Source of the DNA: Verrucomicrobiota bacterium
GTDB lineage: Bacteria > Verrucomicrobiota > Verrucomicrobiia > Limisphaerales > AAA164-E04
Length of the DNA: 64,000 nucleotides
Direction of reading: 5' to 3'
Assembly (NCBI GenBank): GCA_047947115.1
Contig: CP170459.1
Coordinates: 2,528,001 to 2,592,000 of the forward strand
The notes beneath the pieces were generated by a model. The model did no database searches. It was not told the DNA's origin and saw only the letters and a program-made list of their open reading frames with translations. A program made the position numbers and the translations under genes. This document shows, in pieces, positions 32,092-43,289 of the stretch (within the stretch, counting starts at the first letter, position 1; each line of letters begins with the position of its first letter).

Positions 32092-33980
32092 CCCTGCCGT
32101 TTTGCCATGGCGGCAAAGAAGCCTTGGCGTTTGAGGAGTTCGTCGAAGCTTCCTTCCTCCACGATCACGCCTTCTGATAGGACGATGATACGGTCCATTT
32201 TGCGAAGGGTAGAGAGGCGATGCGCGATGCAGATGACGGTGCGGTCCTGAGCCAGATCGTCGATGGCGGCTTGCACTTCGGCTTCGGAGGCGGAGTCCAG
32301 TGCGGCAGTGGCTTCGTCGAGGACCAGGATAGGGGCGTTGCGAACGAATGCGCGGGCGATGGAGATGCGCTGTCGTTGTCCCCCGGAGAGTGAGGTGCCA
32401 CGCTCACCAAGGATCGTTTGATAACCTTCCGGTAGTTTTTGAATGAATCCGTCGGCGTGCGCATCTTTGGCTGCTTTGCGGATGGTTGCTTCGGTGGCGT
32501 TTTCACAACCGCATCCGATGTTCTCCATTACGGTTTGGTCGAATACGACCACATCCTGACTAACCAAAGCCATTTGGTTGCGGAGGTCTGATTGTCGGAA
32601 TTGTCGGTAATCGGTTTCATCCAACTTCACACTTCCTTCGGTTGGATCAAAGAATCGAAAGACCAGGTTTATCAATGTGCTCTTGCCTGATCCTGATTCG
32701 CCTGCAATGCCCAGCTTCTGGCCTCTGGGGATCGTCAGGTTGATCTTGTCCAGGACCTTGGTTTGATCGTAGGCGAAGGATACGTTTTCGAATCTTAGTG
32801 ATTCGGAGAATTGAGTCAAAGGAGCCGGGGTATCCGGCTCGGTAACGGTTGGCTTTTCTTCCAGCACGCGCATCAAGCGGTCAACGCCGATGCTGGTCTT
32901 TTCGATCATGACGTGCAGGTTGGCAAGTTTTTTCACGGGGGAATAGAATGTGGCCAATCCGGCGAAAAAAACCACCATGTCCGACATGCTGCGTTCGGTG
33001 GCAACGACGAATAAAATCAACCCTCCCATGGCGGCAACTCCCATGAATTCCACGAGCGGTCCCACTTTTTCCTGGGAACGAATGGTCTTCATGGTGTGAC
33101 CAAAGAGTCGGCGGGAAAGGGTGCCGAATCGGGACGTTTGAAGGGATTCCAGCCCGTATGCCTTGACCACTCGAATGGATTGAAGCATTTCGACGATCAG
33201 GCTGGATTGGGTGACGTTGGTCTCAACGGCCTTTCTACTCGCCTTGCGCGCTTTTTTGCCGAAGACCAGAATGGCGATGAGCACAAAAGGCAGTATCAGG
33301 AAAAGTGTCATGGTTAATTGCCAGTCCAGAATCAGCAGCAATATGAACACCGACATCACAGTCATAGGGGAGGTGATGCTGTTGCGTACGCCTGAACTGA
33401 GGCACATTTGGAGCATGGCTGTGTCTCCGTTGATGCGCGTGAGCATGTCCCCCATTTTGGCTTTGTTGAAATAGTCTAGCGACAAGCCGCTCAGGGTGTT
33501 GAATACTTTGATCCGCAGATCGTTGACCACTCTTTCTCCAACCCAACTGATACCATATTTGGACAGGAATTCCATGCTACCACGAAAACCTGCCACAAGG
33601 GGTACCAGTAAACAGGCTCCGATGATGTGCCGGGTGGTTAGTGGTTCGCCGAATCCGGGTAACCATTGTTCGGCTAGTGAGTCGGAGTATGCTTTCAGGT
33701 GATCCTCACGGGTTTTGATCCATTCCACCAATTGGCTTCCCATGCCTTCCGGAGTCGTGTCCTCTTCTATTAGGTTGGGGAGCTCATTTGGAAGTTCTTC
33801 TACGACCAGTTCTTTGGGAGGTTCCGGTTCGAGGCGGTGGAGTACGGCCTTGATGGTCCATAAAACGAAGGCATTGGACACGCCAAAACAAAGCGCTGCG
33901 GCTATCGAGAGCCAGAGGCGTGTCTTGTAGGGACGTAGAAACGGCCAGCTAAAGCGGAGTATGGCAAGTGCTTTGTCCAC
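32073..33980 (-). CDS. ABC exporter, fused permease/ATPase (MsbA-like)
   Basis: TM domain plus GESGSGKST, LSGGQRQR, LVLDEATAALD and IAHRLST motifs. Confidence 0.9.
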   Translation of the reverse strand: MDKALAILRFSWPFLRPYKTRLWLSIAAALCFGVSNAFVLWTIKAVLHRLEPEPPKELVVEELPNELPNLIEEDTTPEGMGSQLVEWIKTREDHLKAYSDSLAEQWLPGFGEPLTTRHIIGACLLVPLVAGFRGSMEFLSKYGISWVGERVVNDLRIKVFNTLSGLSLDYFNKAKMGDMLTRINGDTAMLQMCLSSGVRNSITSPMTVMSVFILLLILDWQLTMTLFLILPFVLIAILVFGKKARKASRKAVETNVTQSSLIVEMLQSIRVVKAYGLESLQTSRFGTLSRRLFGHTMKTIRSQEKVGPLVEFMGVAAMGGLILFVVATERSMSDMVVFFAGLATFYSPVKKLANLHVMIEKTSIGVDRLMRVLEEKPTVTEPDTPAPLTQFSESLRFENVSFAYDQTKVLDKINLTIPRGQKLGIAGESGSGKSTLINLVFRFFDPTEGSVKLDETDYRQFRQSDLRNQMALVSQDVVVFDQTVMENIGCGCENATEATIRKAAKDAHADGFIQKLPEGYQTILGERGTSLSGGQRQRISIARAFVRNAPILVLDEATAALDSASEAEVQAAIDDLAQDRTVICIAHRLSTLRKMDRIIVLSEGVIVEEGSFDELLKRQGFFAAMAKRQGITNSE

Positions 33981-34175
33981 AATGTGTCAGCGGCATGCTG
34001 GGTGTGACGGACCCTGCCCGATAACGGGAATGGTCTTTAGAGTTTGACTGCGGTGTCCGATTTGCATGACTAAGTTTTTGTTCATATCAATACAGGCAAC
34101 GTCCTGAATCGGAACAATCAGAACCGAAGCGAGTCGAAAATGCAACTGGTGATTTGCGTTTGAGAAAGCACTACA

Positions 34176-34383
34176 GGTAGAGCTGACCGTCCCGGTCCGC
34201 ACCTTGTGGCTTACGTGATCAAAAAGGTCATCCAAAGGAAATCCTGAGGTGGAGTCATCGCGTTGGCCTTATCGGGGAGCATCGAAAGTAACAGTTTATT
34301 GAGAATCGCAGGCTTTCCAAAACGGGAGTTGAACGAGCTGATGGATGCCTTAAGGAGGCGCGCCGAGGACGGCACGATCTACC
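34176..34383. repeat. REPIN-like element: two inverted GTAG REPs around a unique interior
   Basis: GGTAGAGCTGACCGTCCCGGTCCGC (34176-34200) and inverted GCGCGCCGAGGACGGCACGATCTACC (34358-34383). Confidence 0.8.
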
Positions 34384-34401
34384 TTGATGAGCCAAGAATG
34401 T

Positions 34402-34977
34402 TCATTCAGCGGCTTCGCTGGAAGTTTCTGAATCTCCCAATTCCCTTGGAGCATCGATCAGAGACTGGATTACCTTTTCCAATTTTTCAAATTTGACCAG
34501 CCCCATGAACTGTTTGTTGATGCGTCCTTCCGCATCAATGACGAACGTTTGCGGGATAGCAGAAAAATTCCCGTAATCAGCCACCATCTTTGAGTTGCCC
34601 ATCAGGATCGGATAATTAACTTTCTCCGTTCGCACATAACGCTTTACCGGCCCAAGCCCCTGATCAAGACTAATCCCCAGAAAAGTGACTCCTTTGTCCT
34701 TGTATGCGGCATGCAACTTCATGAAATCCGGCATTTCAGCGCGGCAGGGAGGGCACCAGGTAGCCCAAAAATTCAGGATGATGACTTTGCCTTTGTATTT
34801 TTCAGATTGGACGGGTTTGCCGTTCAGGTCGATCAGTTCCCATGCTGGAGCCTTTTTACCAATCTGAGTGTCGATCTCGGAACTGTAAACGGTTGAGTAA
34901 AGAAACAATGCAAAGAGTCCAAGCCATACGCATGGATTCATGTAGCTTTGCTTGATTTTATGATTCAGGTTTTTCAC
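34402..34977 (-). CDS. TlpA/ResA-family thiol-disulfide oxidoreductase
   Basis: N-terminal anchor; NFWATWCPPCRAEMP; IPQTFVID. Confidence 0.9.
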   Translation of the reverse strand: MKNLNHKIKQSYMNPCVWLGLFALFLYSTVYSSEIDTQIGKKAPAWELIDLNGKPVQSEKYKGKVIILNFWATWCPPCRAEMPDFMKLHAAYKDKGVTFLGISLDQGLGPVKRYVRTEKVNYPILMGNSKMVADYGNFSAIPQTFVIDAEGRINKQFMGLVKFEKLEKVIQSLIDAPRELGDSETSSEAAE

Positions 34978-35149
34978 TTCGCTCCTATTTTAGCACGCCT
35001 GCATGCTGAAACCAGTTATTTGTATGACACTCATAGGAGGGTATTGTTGCTTGATTTTGAAGGTGAGGGTTTTAAGCTCACCGATCAATCAGGTTGTTTC
35101 AGTCAAAGGGGGAACTCTGTTCCTGTGGGGGTGGTATGATGATAGAGTT

Positions 35150-35740
35150 ATGAAAAATAGTATTGTTGTTATTGGAGTGGTGGGAGCGATTTGGTTCAGC
35201 GTCTTGCAAATTGGTTTGGCGGACCCTGGTACACTGTTTGCCGAGCGCAAGGCGGCTCTGGTGGCAAAGTTTGATGCAAATGGTGATGGCCGGTTGGATG
35301 CCGAGGAACGACTTGCCATGCGTGCCGACCGCCTGAAGCCAAATAACAAAGGAGGTTCCCGAGGTCGGGGAGGATTTATGCCTCCCGTTCTCCTGGAGGC
35401 TTTCGATGAAAACAAGAATGGCGAGATTGACGGGAATGAAGGGGTCGAGATGGATCGCGAGATGCAGCGAAGATTTCAAAAGCTCGTACAAACCTACGAT
35501 CAGAATGGAGATGGCGAATTGAACCAAAAAGAGGAAATCATGGCCTTACAAAAGGCTGTCAAAGATGGCGGCCATGATGCTTTGGATACCATGCTGGCTG
35601 GTTTTTTGTTTGGGCGTATGGGGAGTCAGGAGGATGGCAAGGATAATGGAAAACCGAATTGGAAGGCTTACGATCGAAATAACAACGGTATCGTCGAAGC
35701 GGATGAGTTGGAGGCGATGAGAGCGCAAGGATCAAAATGA
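35150..35740 (+). CDS. Secreted EF-hand calcium-binding protein
   Basis: Signal peptide from MKNSIVV; four EF-hand loops (DANGDGRLDAEE, DENKNGEIDGNE, DQNGDGELNQKE, DRNNNGIVEADE); the ORF track starts at 35003. Confidence 0.85.
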   Translation: MKNSIVVIGVVGAIWFSVLQIGLADPGTLFAERKAALVAKFDANGDGRLDAEERLAMRADRLKPNNKGGSRGRGGFMPPVLLEAFDENKNGEIDGNEGVEMDREMQRRFQKLVQTYDQNGDGELNQKEEIMALQKAVKDGGHDALDTMLAGFLFGRMGSQEDGKDNGKPNWKAYDRNNNGIVEADELEAMRAQGSK

Positions 35741-38403
35741 AATTGACTGAGAAGACGCCTCTTACTTTTGAAGATTTTTGCTCTATGACCGTTATCCAAA
35801 AAATGAACTTTTTCGCTTCAGTCCTGTCTTGCACCTTGATCTTGTTGGGTGCTGCGGGCTGCGAACGTCAGGAGAACACTCCTGTTCCGGCAGCTCCAGC
35901 TCAACAAGCCGGCGGGCGTATGGCGGTGCCTCCGCCAGCCGAAGTGAATGGGATCGCCGATTCGAATGAGGCTCCTGTCTTGTTTATAAGCGAATTTCTC
36001 GCAGCCAATGATCAGGGGGTGGAAGATGAAGATGGGGATCGTCTGGATTGGATTGAAATCTATAACCCGGGACAAAAGCCCGTGGATCTGTCTAAATACG
36101 GTTTGACGCAGGATCGCCAGTTGGAGACTGTGTGGCCGATGACCGGTATCCTGTTGGGGGCAGGAGATTTTCAATTGATCTTTGCGTCTGGAAAGGACCG
36201 ACGAGAAGCCGGGGGTGAATTGCATGCCGATTTCAAGTTAAGCAATCAAGGAGAGTTTCTCGCCCTGGTATTGCTTGATCCCCGTCAGTTGGTTCATGGA
36301 TTCGGATCGACCTACCCGTCTCAGCAGAGTGATGTGTCTTATGGCATCTCGGCTGATTGGAAAGCCGGCGAGTTTCTTGAGGATTACGAAAGCTTTTTCC
36401 TGAATCCGACTCCAGGGTCAACCAATGGGGACATTCTTTTCGGATTTGTGGAGGACGTCGTGGCCAGTCATGAACGCGGATTCATGGAAACTCCCTTTGA
36501 ACTGACCCTGAGCACGCCGACTTCTGATGCTGTGATTCGCTATACCCTAGATGGCTCAGAGCCTACCTCTGAACACGGTAATGTCTATGACGCTCCGATC
36601 CAGGTGGAACGTTCTTCAGTGTTTCGGGTGGCCGCATTCAAAGATGGGCACCACCCTTCCGACATTGAAACGCTGACCTTTTTGTTTTTAACTGATGTGG
36701 TGAAGCAGTCTCCCGATGGTTTGCCGCCTGTTGGTTTTCCTTTTGAATGGGGGCAGAATTTTGTGGATTATGGTATGGATCCGGAAGTGGTCGAAGATCC
36801 AGCCTACTCAGCCAGCCTTATCAAAGGGCTGCGTGATTTGCCTGCCATGTCCATTGTGATGGATGTTCAGGATTTGTTCGGCGAGGAAGGGGGTATTTAC
36901 AGCAATGCGGGTCGAGACGGACGTCAATGGGAGAGGCCTTGTTCGGTGGAATACATGTTTGCCGATGGTAAAGATGGATTTCAGATTGATTGTGGAATAC
37001 GCATCAGAGGCGGGTTCAGTCGGGCCCGCATGAATCCAAAACATTCTTTCCGCTTGTTTTTTCGGGATGAATACGGACCATCCAAATTAACCTACCCTCT
37101 GTTCGGGGGCGATGGAGTGAAGAAGTTTGACAATATCGATCTTCGCACCTCCCAGAATTACAGCTGGAGTTTCGGTAGTGACGGAGAGCATGGATTGTTC
37201 GTCAGAGATTTGTTCAACCGCGACCTCCAGCGCGCGATGGGGCATTTGTCCCCTAACGGGGAATTTTGTCATTTGTTTATCAACGGCGCCTATTGGGGAC
37301 TTTACAATACCTGCGAACGTCCGGAAGCTTCGTTTGCTTCGGCTTACCTGCCGGGTGGGAAGGATGATTTTGATGTGATCAAAATCAACAATGGATCGCG
37401 AGAAGAACGAACTTTCGCCACCGATGGTAACACCGATGCCTGGCAGAAACTTTGGAGTTTAGCTCGTGACGGTGTGGCATCCAATGAAGCCTATTTCAAA
37501 TTGCAGGGAAAAAATCCGGATGGCACGGATGATCCGGAAGGGACCGTCCTGCTTGATGTGGATAATCTGATTGATTACATGTTGATCATTATCTGGTCCG
37601 GAAATAAAGACGCCCCCGTGTCCGCCTTTATGGGGGATAATGGTTCCAATAACTGGTATGGTTTTCGTAATCGAAAGGGGCGCGAAGGATTCCGGTTCAT
37701 TGTCTGGGATGCCGAGCATACCATGCTCAAGGAGGATTTGGAAATTGATCGGACAGGACCATTTCCGGCAGGGCGGGAATTTTCGACCAGTAACCCTCAA
37801 TACATCTGGCAACAATGCCAGGAGAACCCGGAATTTCGACTGCGGGTCGCCGATCGCATCCATCGACATTTCTTTAACCAGGGTGTGTTGACCGTGGCGC
37901 GCTTGATTCAGCTGTTTGACAATCGGACTAAGCAAATTGAAGATGCGGTTATTGCTGAATCCGCTCGTTGGGGAGACTCCGATGGGCCCAGATTTGGTGG
38001 AGGCGGTGACAATCCGGGAATGCCTCTGGGTCGAGACGAACATTGGCGGAAAGTGGTGGAATATACCCGCGAGGAATACTTGCTAAAAAGGTCGGACATT
38101 GTCCTGGCCCAACTGTTCGCCCATGGGCTCTATCCTGATTTGGAACCTCCCAGTGCTTCGAGATCTGGTGAAGGAGCGGCAGCCCAATGGGTGATAAGCG
38201 CCCCAGCTGGTGATGTTTTCTACACACTGAATGGTTCCGATCCGCGTCAGGTGGGGGGAGACAGAAGCGCTGATGCATTGGAATACTCTGGCCCGATCAA
38301 GGCCGATGATTCGATCCACACGATAAAAGCTCGATCTTATCTGAACGGTGAATGGAGCGCTTTGCTGGAGTTGGAGTTGCTCTCGGCTCCAGCCAATCTC
38401 TAA
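35737..38403 (+). CDS. CotH-family kinase lipoprotein with lamin-tail and Fn3-like domains
   Basis: Lipobox AAG-C; lamin-tail domain (ISEFLA.N...DWIEIYN...PTPG); IRYTLDGSEP; CotH motifs IRIRGG, KHSFRL, GLYNTCER, NNWY and WDAEH; true start may be 35785 or 35803. Confidence 0.82.
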   Translation: MKLTEKTPLTFEDFCSMTVIQKMNFFASVLSCTLILLGAAGCERQENTPVPAAPAQQAGGRMAVPPPAEVNGIADSNEAPVLFISEFLAANDQGVEDEDGDRLDWIEIYNPGQKPVDLSKYGLTQDRQLETVWPMTGILLGAGDFQLIFASGKDRREAGGELHADFKLSNQGEFLALVLLDPRQLVHGFGSTYPSQQSDVSYGISADWKAGEFLEDYESFFLNPTPGSTNGDILFGFVEDVVASHERGFMETPFELTLSTPTSDAVIRYTLDGSEPTSEHGNVYDAPIQVERSSVFRVAAFKDGHHPSDIETLTFLFLTDVVKQSPDGLPPVGFPFEWGQNFVDYGMDPEVVEDPAYSASLIKGLRDLPAMSIVMDVQDLFGEEGGIYSNAGRDGRQWERPCSVEYMFADGKDGFQIDCGIRIRGGFSRARMNPKHSFRLFFRDEYGPSKLTYPLFGGDGVKKFDNIDLRTSQNYSWSFGSDGEHGLFVRDLFNRDLQRAMGHLSPNGEFCHLFINGAYWGLYNTCERPEASFASAYLPGGKDDFDVIKINNGSREERTFATDGNTDAWQKLWSLARDGVASNEAYFKLQGKNPDGTDDPEGTVLLDVDNLIDYMLIIIWSGNKDAPVSAFMGDNGSNNWYGFRNRKGREGFRFIVWDAEHTMLKEDLEIDRTGPFPAGREFSTSNPQYIWQQCQENPEFRLRVADRIHRHFFNQGVLTVARLIQLFDNRTKQIEDAVIAESARWGDSDGPRFGGGGDNPGMPLGRDEHWRKVVEYTREEYLLKRSDIVLAQLFAHGLYPDLEPPSASRSGEGAAAQWVISAPAGDVFYTLNGSDPRQVGGDRSADALEYSGPIKADDSIHTIKARSYLNGEWSALLELELLSAPANL

Positions 38404-38439
38404 ACCGAGATTCTCCTATGCTTTCAGACCGAGTGTGGT

Positions 38440-39339
38440 ATGGTCTGGCTTATGAACTTTATGAAACGTAACAAGGAAAAATGCCTATGGTTTTTTCTTT
38501 GTCCGGCCATTTTGATTTTCCTTCCATCGCAACACTGCGCCGCCCAGCAGGAGGGGATCATCAAGGCCACGCATGTTGCTGGCAGTGTGCACATGCTTGA
38601 GGGGCGCGGAGGCAACATTGCTGTCTCGGCGGGTGAGGATGGATTGCTGATTGTGGACAATCAATTCGCCGACCTGGCGCCTCAGATCGAAGCCAAGTTG
38701 GCGGAGTTAGGCAAGGGGGACCTGAAGTTTGTGCTGAATACCCATTTTCACAACGATCATACCGGAGGGAATGCTCATTTTGGTAAGAAAGCCACCATTG
38801 TCGCCCATGAAAATGTTCGGGAACGTTTGGAGGGGAAAAACGATACGCCAAAAGCGGCTTTGCCTGTCATCACTTTTCGTGAGGCTTCTTCGGTGCATTT
38901 TAATGGGGAGGAAATCCGTTTACTCCACCTTGGGCCGGGGCACACGGATGGTGACGTGATTGTCTGGTTTACCGGGTCCAATGTCATTCACATGGGAGAC
39001 CAGTTTTTCAATGGCCGTTTTCCTAATATCGATCTGGGTAATGGCGGAAGCGCCGCCGGGTATCAGAAGAATGTCAACACTGTCCTCAAGCATCTGCCCG
39101 AAGGGGTCCAGATTATTCCTGGACACGGTGCGCTGGCGAGCAAGGATGACTTGGCACGGTTCGCTTCCATGTTGTCCGATACAATCAATCCTGTTCGTCA
39201 ATCAATCAGCCTGGGCAAAACACTTGATCAAATCAAAGCGGCCGGTGTGGATGAACAATACAAGACCTGGGGTGTTGGTTTTATCAATACCTCCCGCTGG
39301 CTTGAGATGGTTTACAATTCCTTGACTTCGGAACCCTGA
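38440..39339 (+). CDS. Secreted MBL-fold metallo-hydrolase (cyclase-like)
   Basis: THFHNDHTGG, GHTDGD, MGD and PGHG metal ligands; signal peptide; start likely 38452 or 38461. Confidence 0.88.
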   Translation: MVWLMNFMKRNKEKCLWFFLCPAILIFLPSQHCAAQQEGIIKATHVAGSVHMLEGRGGNIAVSAGEDGLLIVDNQFADLAPQIEAKLAELGKGDLKFVLNTHFHNDHTGGNAHFGKKATIVAHENVRERLEGKNDTPKAALPVITFREASSVHFNGEEIRLLHLGPGHTDGDVIVWFTGSNVIHMGDQFFNGRFPNIDLGNGGSAAGYQKNVNTVLKHLPEGVQIIPGHGALASKDDLARFASMLSDTINPVRQSISLGKTLDQIKAAGVDEQYKTWGVGFINTSRWLEMVYNSLTSEP

Positions 39340-39402
39340 TCGTGACGACTCGGTCCGTTCTCCAATACAACCATCATCATTGATTCGTAGCGTCCGCGAT
39401 TC

Positions 39403-42400
39403 ATGGAAAAAGCAACCGGAACCTGGCATATCTGGGCCGATACGGGAGGCACCTTTACGGATTGTCTCGCGAGGAATCCTGCGGGGCGACTTCGTCGCGC
39501 CAAAGTTTTGAGCAGTGGCCGCCTGCGTGCGCTCGTGCTTCAGGTGGCCGATGACAGGTCTCTGCGCCTCGCGGTGGCTGCGGAAATTCCCGACGGTTTT
39601 CTGGACGGAGCAAAGTTGGTGATTCCAGAAACAGGTCATACGGTGGGAACGGTCAAGTCTCACCTTGCTGTCAACGGCATGTGTCATTTGACGGATGACG
39701 CCGAGGGTTCTCTGAAAACGGGGGATTTGGTGGAACTGGACTTTGACGAAGAAGCTCCCATCCTGGCGGCCAGGGTGGTGACCTTGACTCCGTTTAACCA
39801 AAAGCTACCCCCATGTGTGTTCCATCTGGCCACGACCAAAAGCACCAACGCATTGTTGGAACGGAAGGGTGATCGAACGGCATTTCTCGTGACAAAGGGG
39901 TTCAAGGATCTGCTTCTAATAGGAGATCAAAAACGTCCACATCTCTTTGATCAGTTGATTCAGAAAAATCCACCATTGCACGAACTTGTTTTCGAAGTGG
40001 ATGAGCGTCTTGACTCTGGGGGCAATGTTTTGAAATCTCCAGCCGTTTCAGAACTGCAATCCATGGCTGATCAATTGATCCAACGGGGGATCAAAACAGT
40101 GGCCATTGCTTTTCTGCATGCTTTCAAGAATCCCCGGCACGAAACCATGGTGGCTGAGTTGTTAAGGTCCTGTGGAATTGCATATGTTTCCTGTTCTTCT
40201 GATTTGGCGCCTTTTGTTAAGTTGCTTCCTCGTGCTGAAACCGCCGTTGTGAATGCGTATCTTACGCCTTTGATGCAGACCTATCTGGACCAGGTTGAGC
40301 AGGCGTTGGGAGAGGGGCTTTTTCGTATTATGACGAGTGCGGGAGGATTTGTCTCTCGTCGTGATTATACCGCCAAAGACAGTTTGCTGAGCGGTCCGGC
40401 GGGAGGATTGGTCGGCGCTGCCACGGTTGCGAAACAGTGCGGGGAGCTGAAGACCATTGCTTTTGACATGGGAGGGACGAGCACGGATGTGGCCAGGTTT
40501 GATGGGAAATATGATTACCAATTCGAACAGCGCATCGGTGGGGTGCGCCTGCTATCGCCGTCCCTCAAGATTGAAACGGTTGCTGCCGGAGGCGGATCCA
40601 TTTGTCATTTTCATCATGGAGCGTTTGAAGTGGGGCCGGAAAGTGCGGGGGCTTCGCCGGGGCCTGCGGCTTATGGCGCAGGGGGGCCTTTGACAATCAC
40701 CGATGTCAACCTGCTCCTCGGCAGGATGGATCCGGATATGTTTGGCATACCGGCGGATGTGCAAGCTTCGTCGTACGCAGCGCTTGAGGTGCTGAAATCT
40801 GTGGATGCAGATCGGCGGCGGCAGTTAAACCTCGAAAGCATGCTCCAGGGTTTTTTGGAGATTGCTAATGAACGCATGGCCGATGCCATCAGGGGGATCT
40901 CCGTTCGGGAAGGGTATGACCCTTCTGAATATGCATTGACCGCTTTCGGTGGAGCCGGAGGACAACATGCGTGTCGTATTGCGGAAATGCTGGGCGTGGA
41001 TCGGGTACTGTTTCCGGCGGAAGCGGGATTACTGAGCGCCTATGGTCTGGCTCACGCCCGCATGGAACGATTCATCGAACAGCAGGTGTTGGAGGTGTGG
41101 GATGAATTACAAACGTCCTTCGAAGATGTTGTGCGCGAATTGGAGGAGCAGGCAAGACAAGCGTTGTTGAAGGAAGGATTGGATCCTGATTGGGTGTCGA
41201 TTTCCCGTCGTATCGTGCAATTGCGTCTGCTCGGACAAGAGACTGCTGAGTCTGTGGACTGGAATCCTGATCTGGATTTGATTCGGGCATTTCTTGAGCG
41301 TTATGAGGAAGTGTATGGATATTTGCCCGAGAACAAACCGGTTGAAATCGTCTCCATTCGTGTTGTATCCACGACGCGTGCTCTCAGTGTGGAATCAGAA
41401 GTGTTTGCATCTTCTCGTTTGGCAGAACCACGAAAGTCGATCAGAAGTTTCATCAACGGAACCTGGCAGAGCATTCCGGTGTTCAGTCGGGACGTGTTGG
41501 TTCCGGGGGATGACATTCAGGGACCGGCTTTGGTTCAGGACCGTTTCAGTACTTTGTCCATCGACACCCATTGGAGAGCGTCCGTAGGTTCGGCTGGAAC
41601 ACTTCGAGTGGACCGTGTTGTGGTAAAGCAAAAGGATCGAACTGCCGATGCTTCTTCCTGTGCCGGGGATATGGAATTGGAACTGTTCACGCATCGGTTT
41701 TTCCAATTGGTGGAGGAGATGGGGTTGATGCTCGAGCGCACGGCCATCTCAACCAATGTGAAGGAGCGGTTGGATTTTTCCTGCGCGTTGTTGGATGCCG
41801 AAGGAGAACTGATCGCGAACGCACCCCACATTCCGGTTCATTTAGGAGCGATCGGCTTGTGTGTGCGCCGAGTTGCGGCCGATTTTGAGTTGAGGCCGGG
41901 AGATATGATCGTGACCAACCACCCGGGTTATGGTGGATCTCACCTGCCGGATGTGACGGTGATCAGTCCGGTTTTTGATCGTAAAAATGTTCTGATTGGA
42001 TTCGTGGCCAACCGGGCGCACCATGCGGAACTGGGTGGCATCCGTCCGGGATCCATGCCTCCCAATGCAGGTCACCTGGGGGAAGAAGGCGTGGTGATAC
42101 CTCCGACCTACCTTTATCGTGAGGGAAGACCTTGTTTTGAAGAACTGGAGATCATTTTGATTCAGGCCGAATACCCCTCGCGCAGCCCTGATGATAACAT
42201 GGCCGATCTGCAAGCCCAGGCTGCCGCCAACCGTAAAGGGGGCAATGCGCTTCAATTTCTTGTCGATACATACGGATTACAAACGGTGCAGGGATACATG
42301 CGAGCGGTGAAGGAACATGCGTCGAAGTTGCTTTCCGAGCGGTTGGCCATGTTTGAGCCGGGTGTTTACCAAGCGGAAGAATCCTTGGATGACGGGGCGC

Positions 42401-43227
42401 TGCTCAAGGTAAAGATCACTTTGTCCGAAATGGGGGCCGCTTTTGATTTTACCGGGACATCGCCCACACATCCCGGTAACCTGAATGCGACTCCGGCCAT
42501 TGTGCACAGCGTCGTGTTATACGTGTTGCGGTTGTTGCTGACAGATAGCATTCCTTTAAACGAAGGGTTGTTGGAACACGTTAGAATGACACTGCCATGC
42601 TGCATGCTGAATCCTGTGTTCGACATGGAACCCGATCGATGTCCGGCGGTGGTCGGTGGCAATGTGGAGACGAGTCAACGTTTGGTGGACTTGTTGCTCA
42701 AAGCGTTGAAGGTGATGGCATGCTCGCAGGGAACGATGAATAATCTCATCATTGGCAATGACAAGGTCAGTTACTACGAAACTGTTTGTGGTGGTGCCGG
42801 AGCCAGTGCTCGGGGAGCGGGCGCGGATGCCGTCCATACCCACATGACCAACACAGCCATCACCGATCCCGAAATCCTTGAAAACCGATATCCCGTGCGC
42901 TTGCACCAATTCGAAATTCGAAATGGTTCCGGAGGAGACGGAAAACACAGGGGTGGGGATGGGATTGTGAGGACACTGGAATTTCTGGAACCGCTTGCTC
43001 TTTCGCTTTTGACTCAGCATCGAACATCCGGACCCTATGGCATGGATGGCGGTTTGGCTGGTCAGACCGGCCGTCAGCGACTGATGCGTCAGGGTGGTGA
43101 GGAGGTGGAACTGGCCCCGGTCTGTGGCACGGAAGTTTTGCCGGGAGACAGGCTGATCCTTGAAACCCCGGGCGGAGGCGGGTATGGTAGCCCCTGTGAT
43201 TCAAAGGTGTCATCCAAGGCTACTTGA
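39403..43227 (+). CDS. Fused hydantoinase A/B, ATP-dependent 5-oxoprolinase family
   Basis: [60 protein letters not shown] and HTHMTNT motifs. Confidence 0.92.
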   Translation: MEKATGTWHIWADTGGTFTDCLARNPAGRLRRAKVLSSGRLRALVLQVADDRSLRLAVAAEIPDGFLDGAKLVIPETGHTVGTVKSHLAVNGMCHLTDDAEGSLKTGDLVELDFDEEAPILAARVVTLTPFNQKLPPCVFHLATTKSTNALLERKGDRTAFLVTKGFKDLLLIGDQKRPHLFDQLIQKNPPLHELVFEVDERLDSGGNVLKSPAVSELQSMADQLIQRGIKTVAIAFLHAFKNPRHETMVAELLRSCGIAYVSCSSDLAPFVKLLPRAETAVVNAYLTPLMQTYLDQVEQALGEGLFRIMTSAGGFVSRRDYTAKDSLLSGPAGGLVGAATVAKQCGELKTIAFDMGGTSTDVARFDGKYDYQFEQRIGGVRLLSPSLKIETVAAGGGSICHFHHGAFEVGPESAGASPGPAAYGAGGPLTITDVNLLLGRMDPDMFGIPADVQASSYAALEVLKSVDADRRRQLNLESMLQGFLEIANERMADAIRGISVREGYDPSEYALTAFGGAGGQHACRIAEMLGVDRVLFPAEAGLLSAYGLAHARMERFIEQQVLEVWDELQTSFEDVVRELEEQARQALLKEGLDPDWVSISRRIVQLRLLGQETAESVDWNPDLDLIRAFLERYEEVYGYLPENKPVEIVSIRVVSTTRALSVESEVFASSRLAEPRKSIRSFINGTWQSIPVFSRDVLVPGDDIQGPALVQDRFSTLSIDTHWRASVGSAGTLRVDRVVVKQKDRTADASSCAGDMELELFTHRFFQLVEEMGLMLERTAISTNVKERLDFSCALLDAEGELIANAPHIPVHLGAIGLCVRRVAADFELRPGDMIVTNHPGYGGSHLPDVTVISPVFDRKNVLIGFVANRAHHAELGGIRPGSMPPNAGHLGEEGVVIPPTYLYREGRPCFEELEIILIQAEYPSRSPDDNMADLQAQAAANRKGGNALQFLVDTYGLQTVQGYMRAVKEHASKLLSERLAMFEPGVYQAEESLDDGALLKVKITLSEMGAAFDFTGTSPTHPGNLNATPAIVHSVVLYVLRLLLTDSIPLNEGLLEHVRMTLPCCMLNPVFDMEPDRCPAVVGGNVETSQRLVDLLLKALKVMACSQGTMNNLIIGNDKVSYYETVCGGAGASARGAGADAVHTHMTNTAITDPEILENRYPVRLHQFEIRNGSGGDGKHRGGDGIVRTLEFLEPLALSLLTQHRTSGPYGMDGGLAGQTGRQRLMRQGGEEVELAPVCGTEVLPGDRLILETPGGGGYGSPCDSKVSSKAT

Positions 43228-43289
43228 ATCGTATCTTTTTAAGAGATTTCTGGCGTAACGGAGTGTTATCATACAAACATTTAAGTCAC

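Noticed and set aside
38440..39339. Acquired metallo-beta-lactamase resistance gene
   Set aside because: It has MGD rather than the B1 Cys ligand, resembles the widespread cyclase-like MBL-fold group, and has no mobile context
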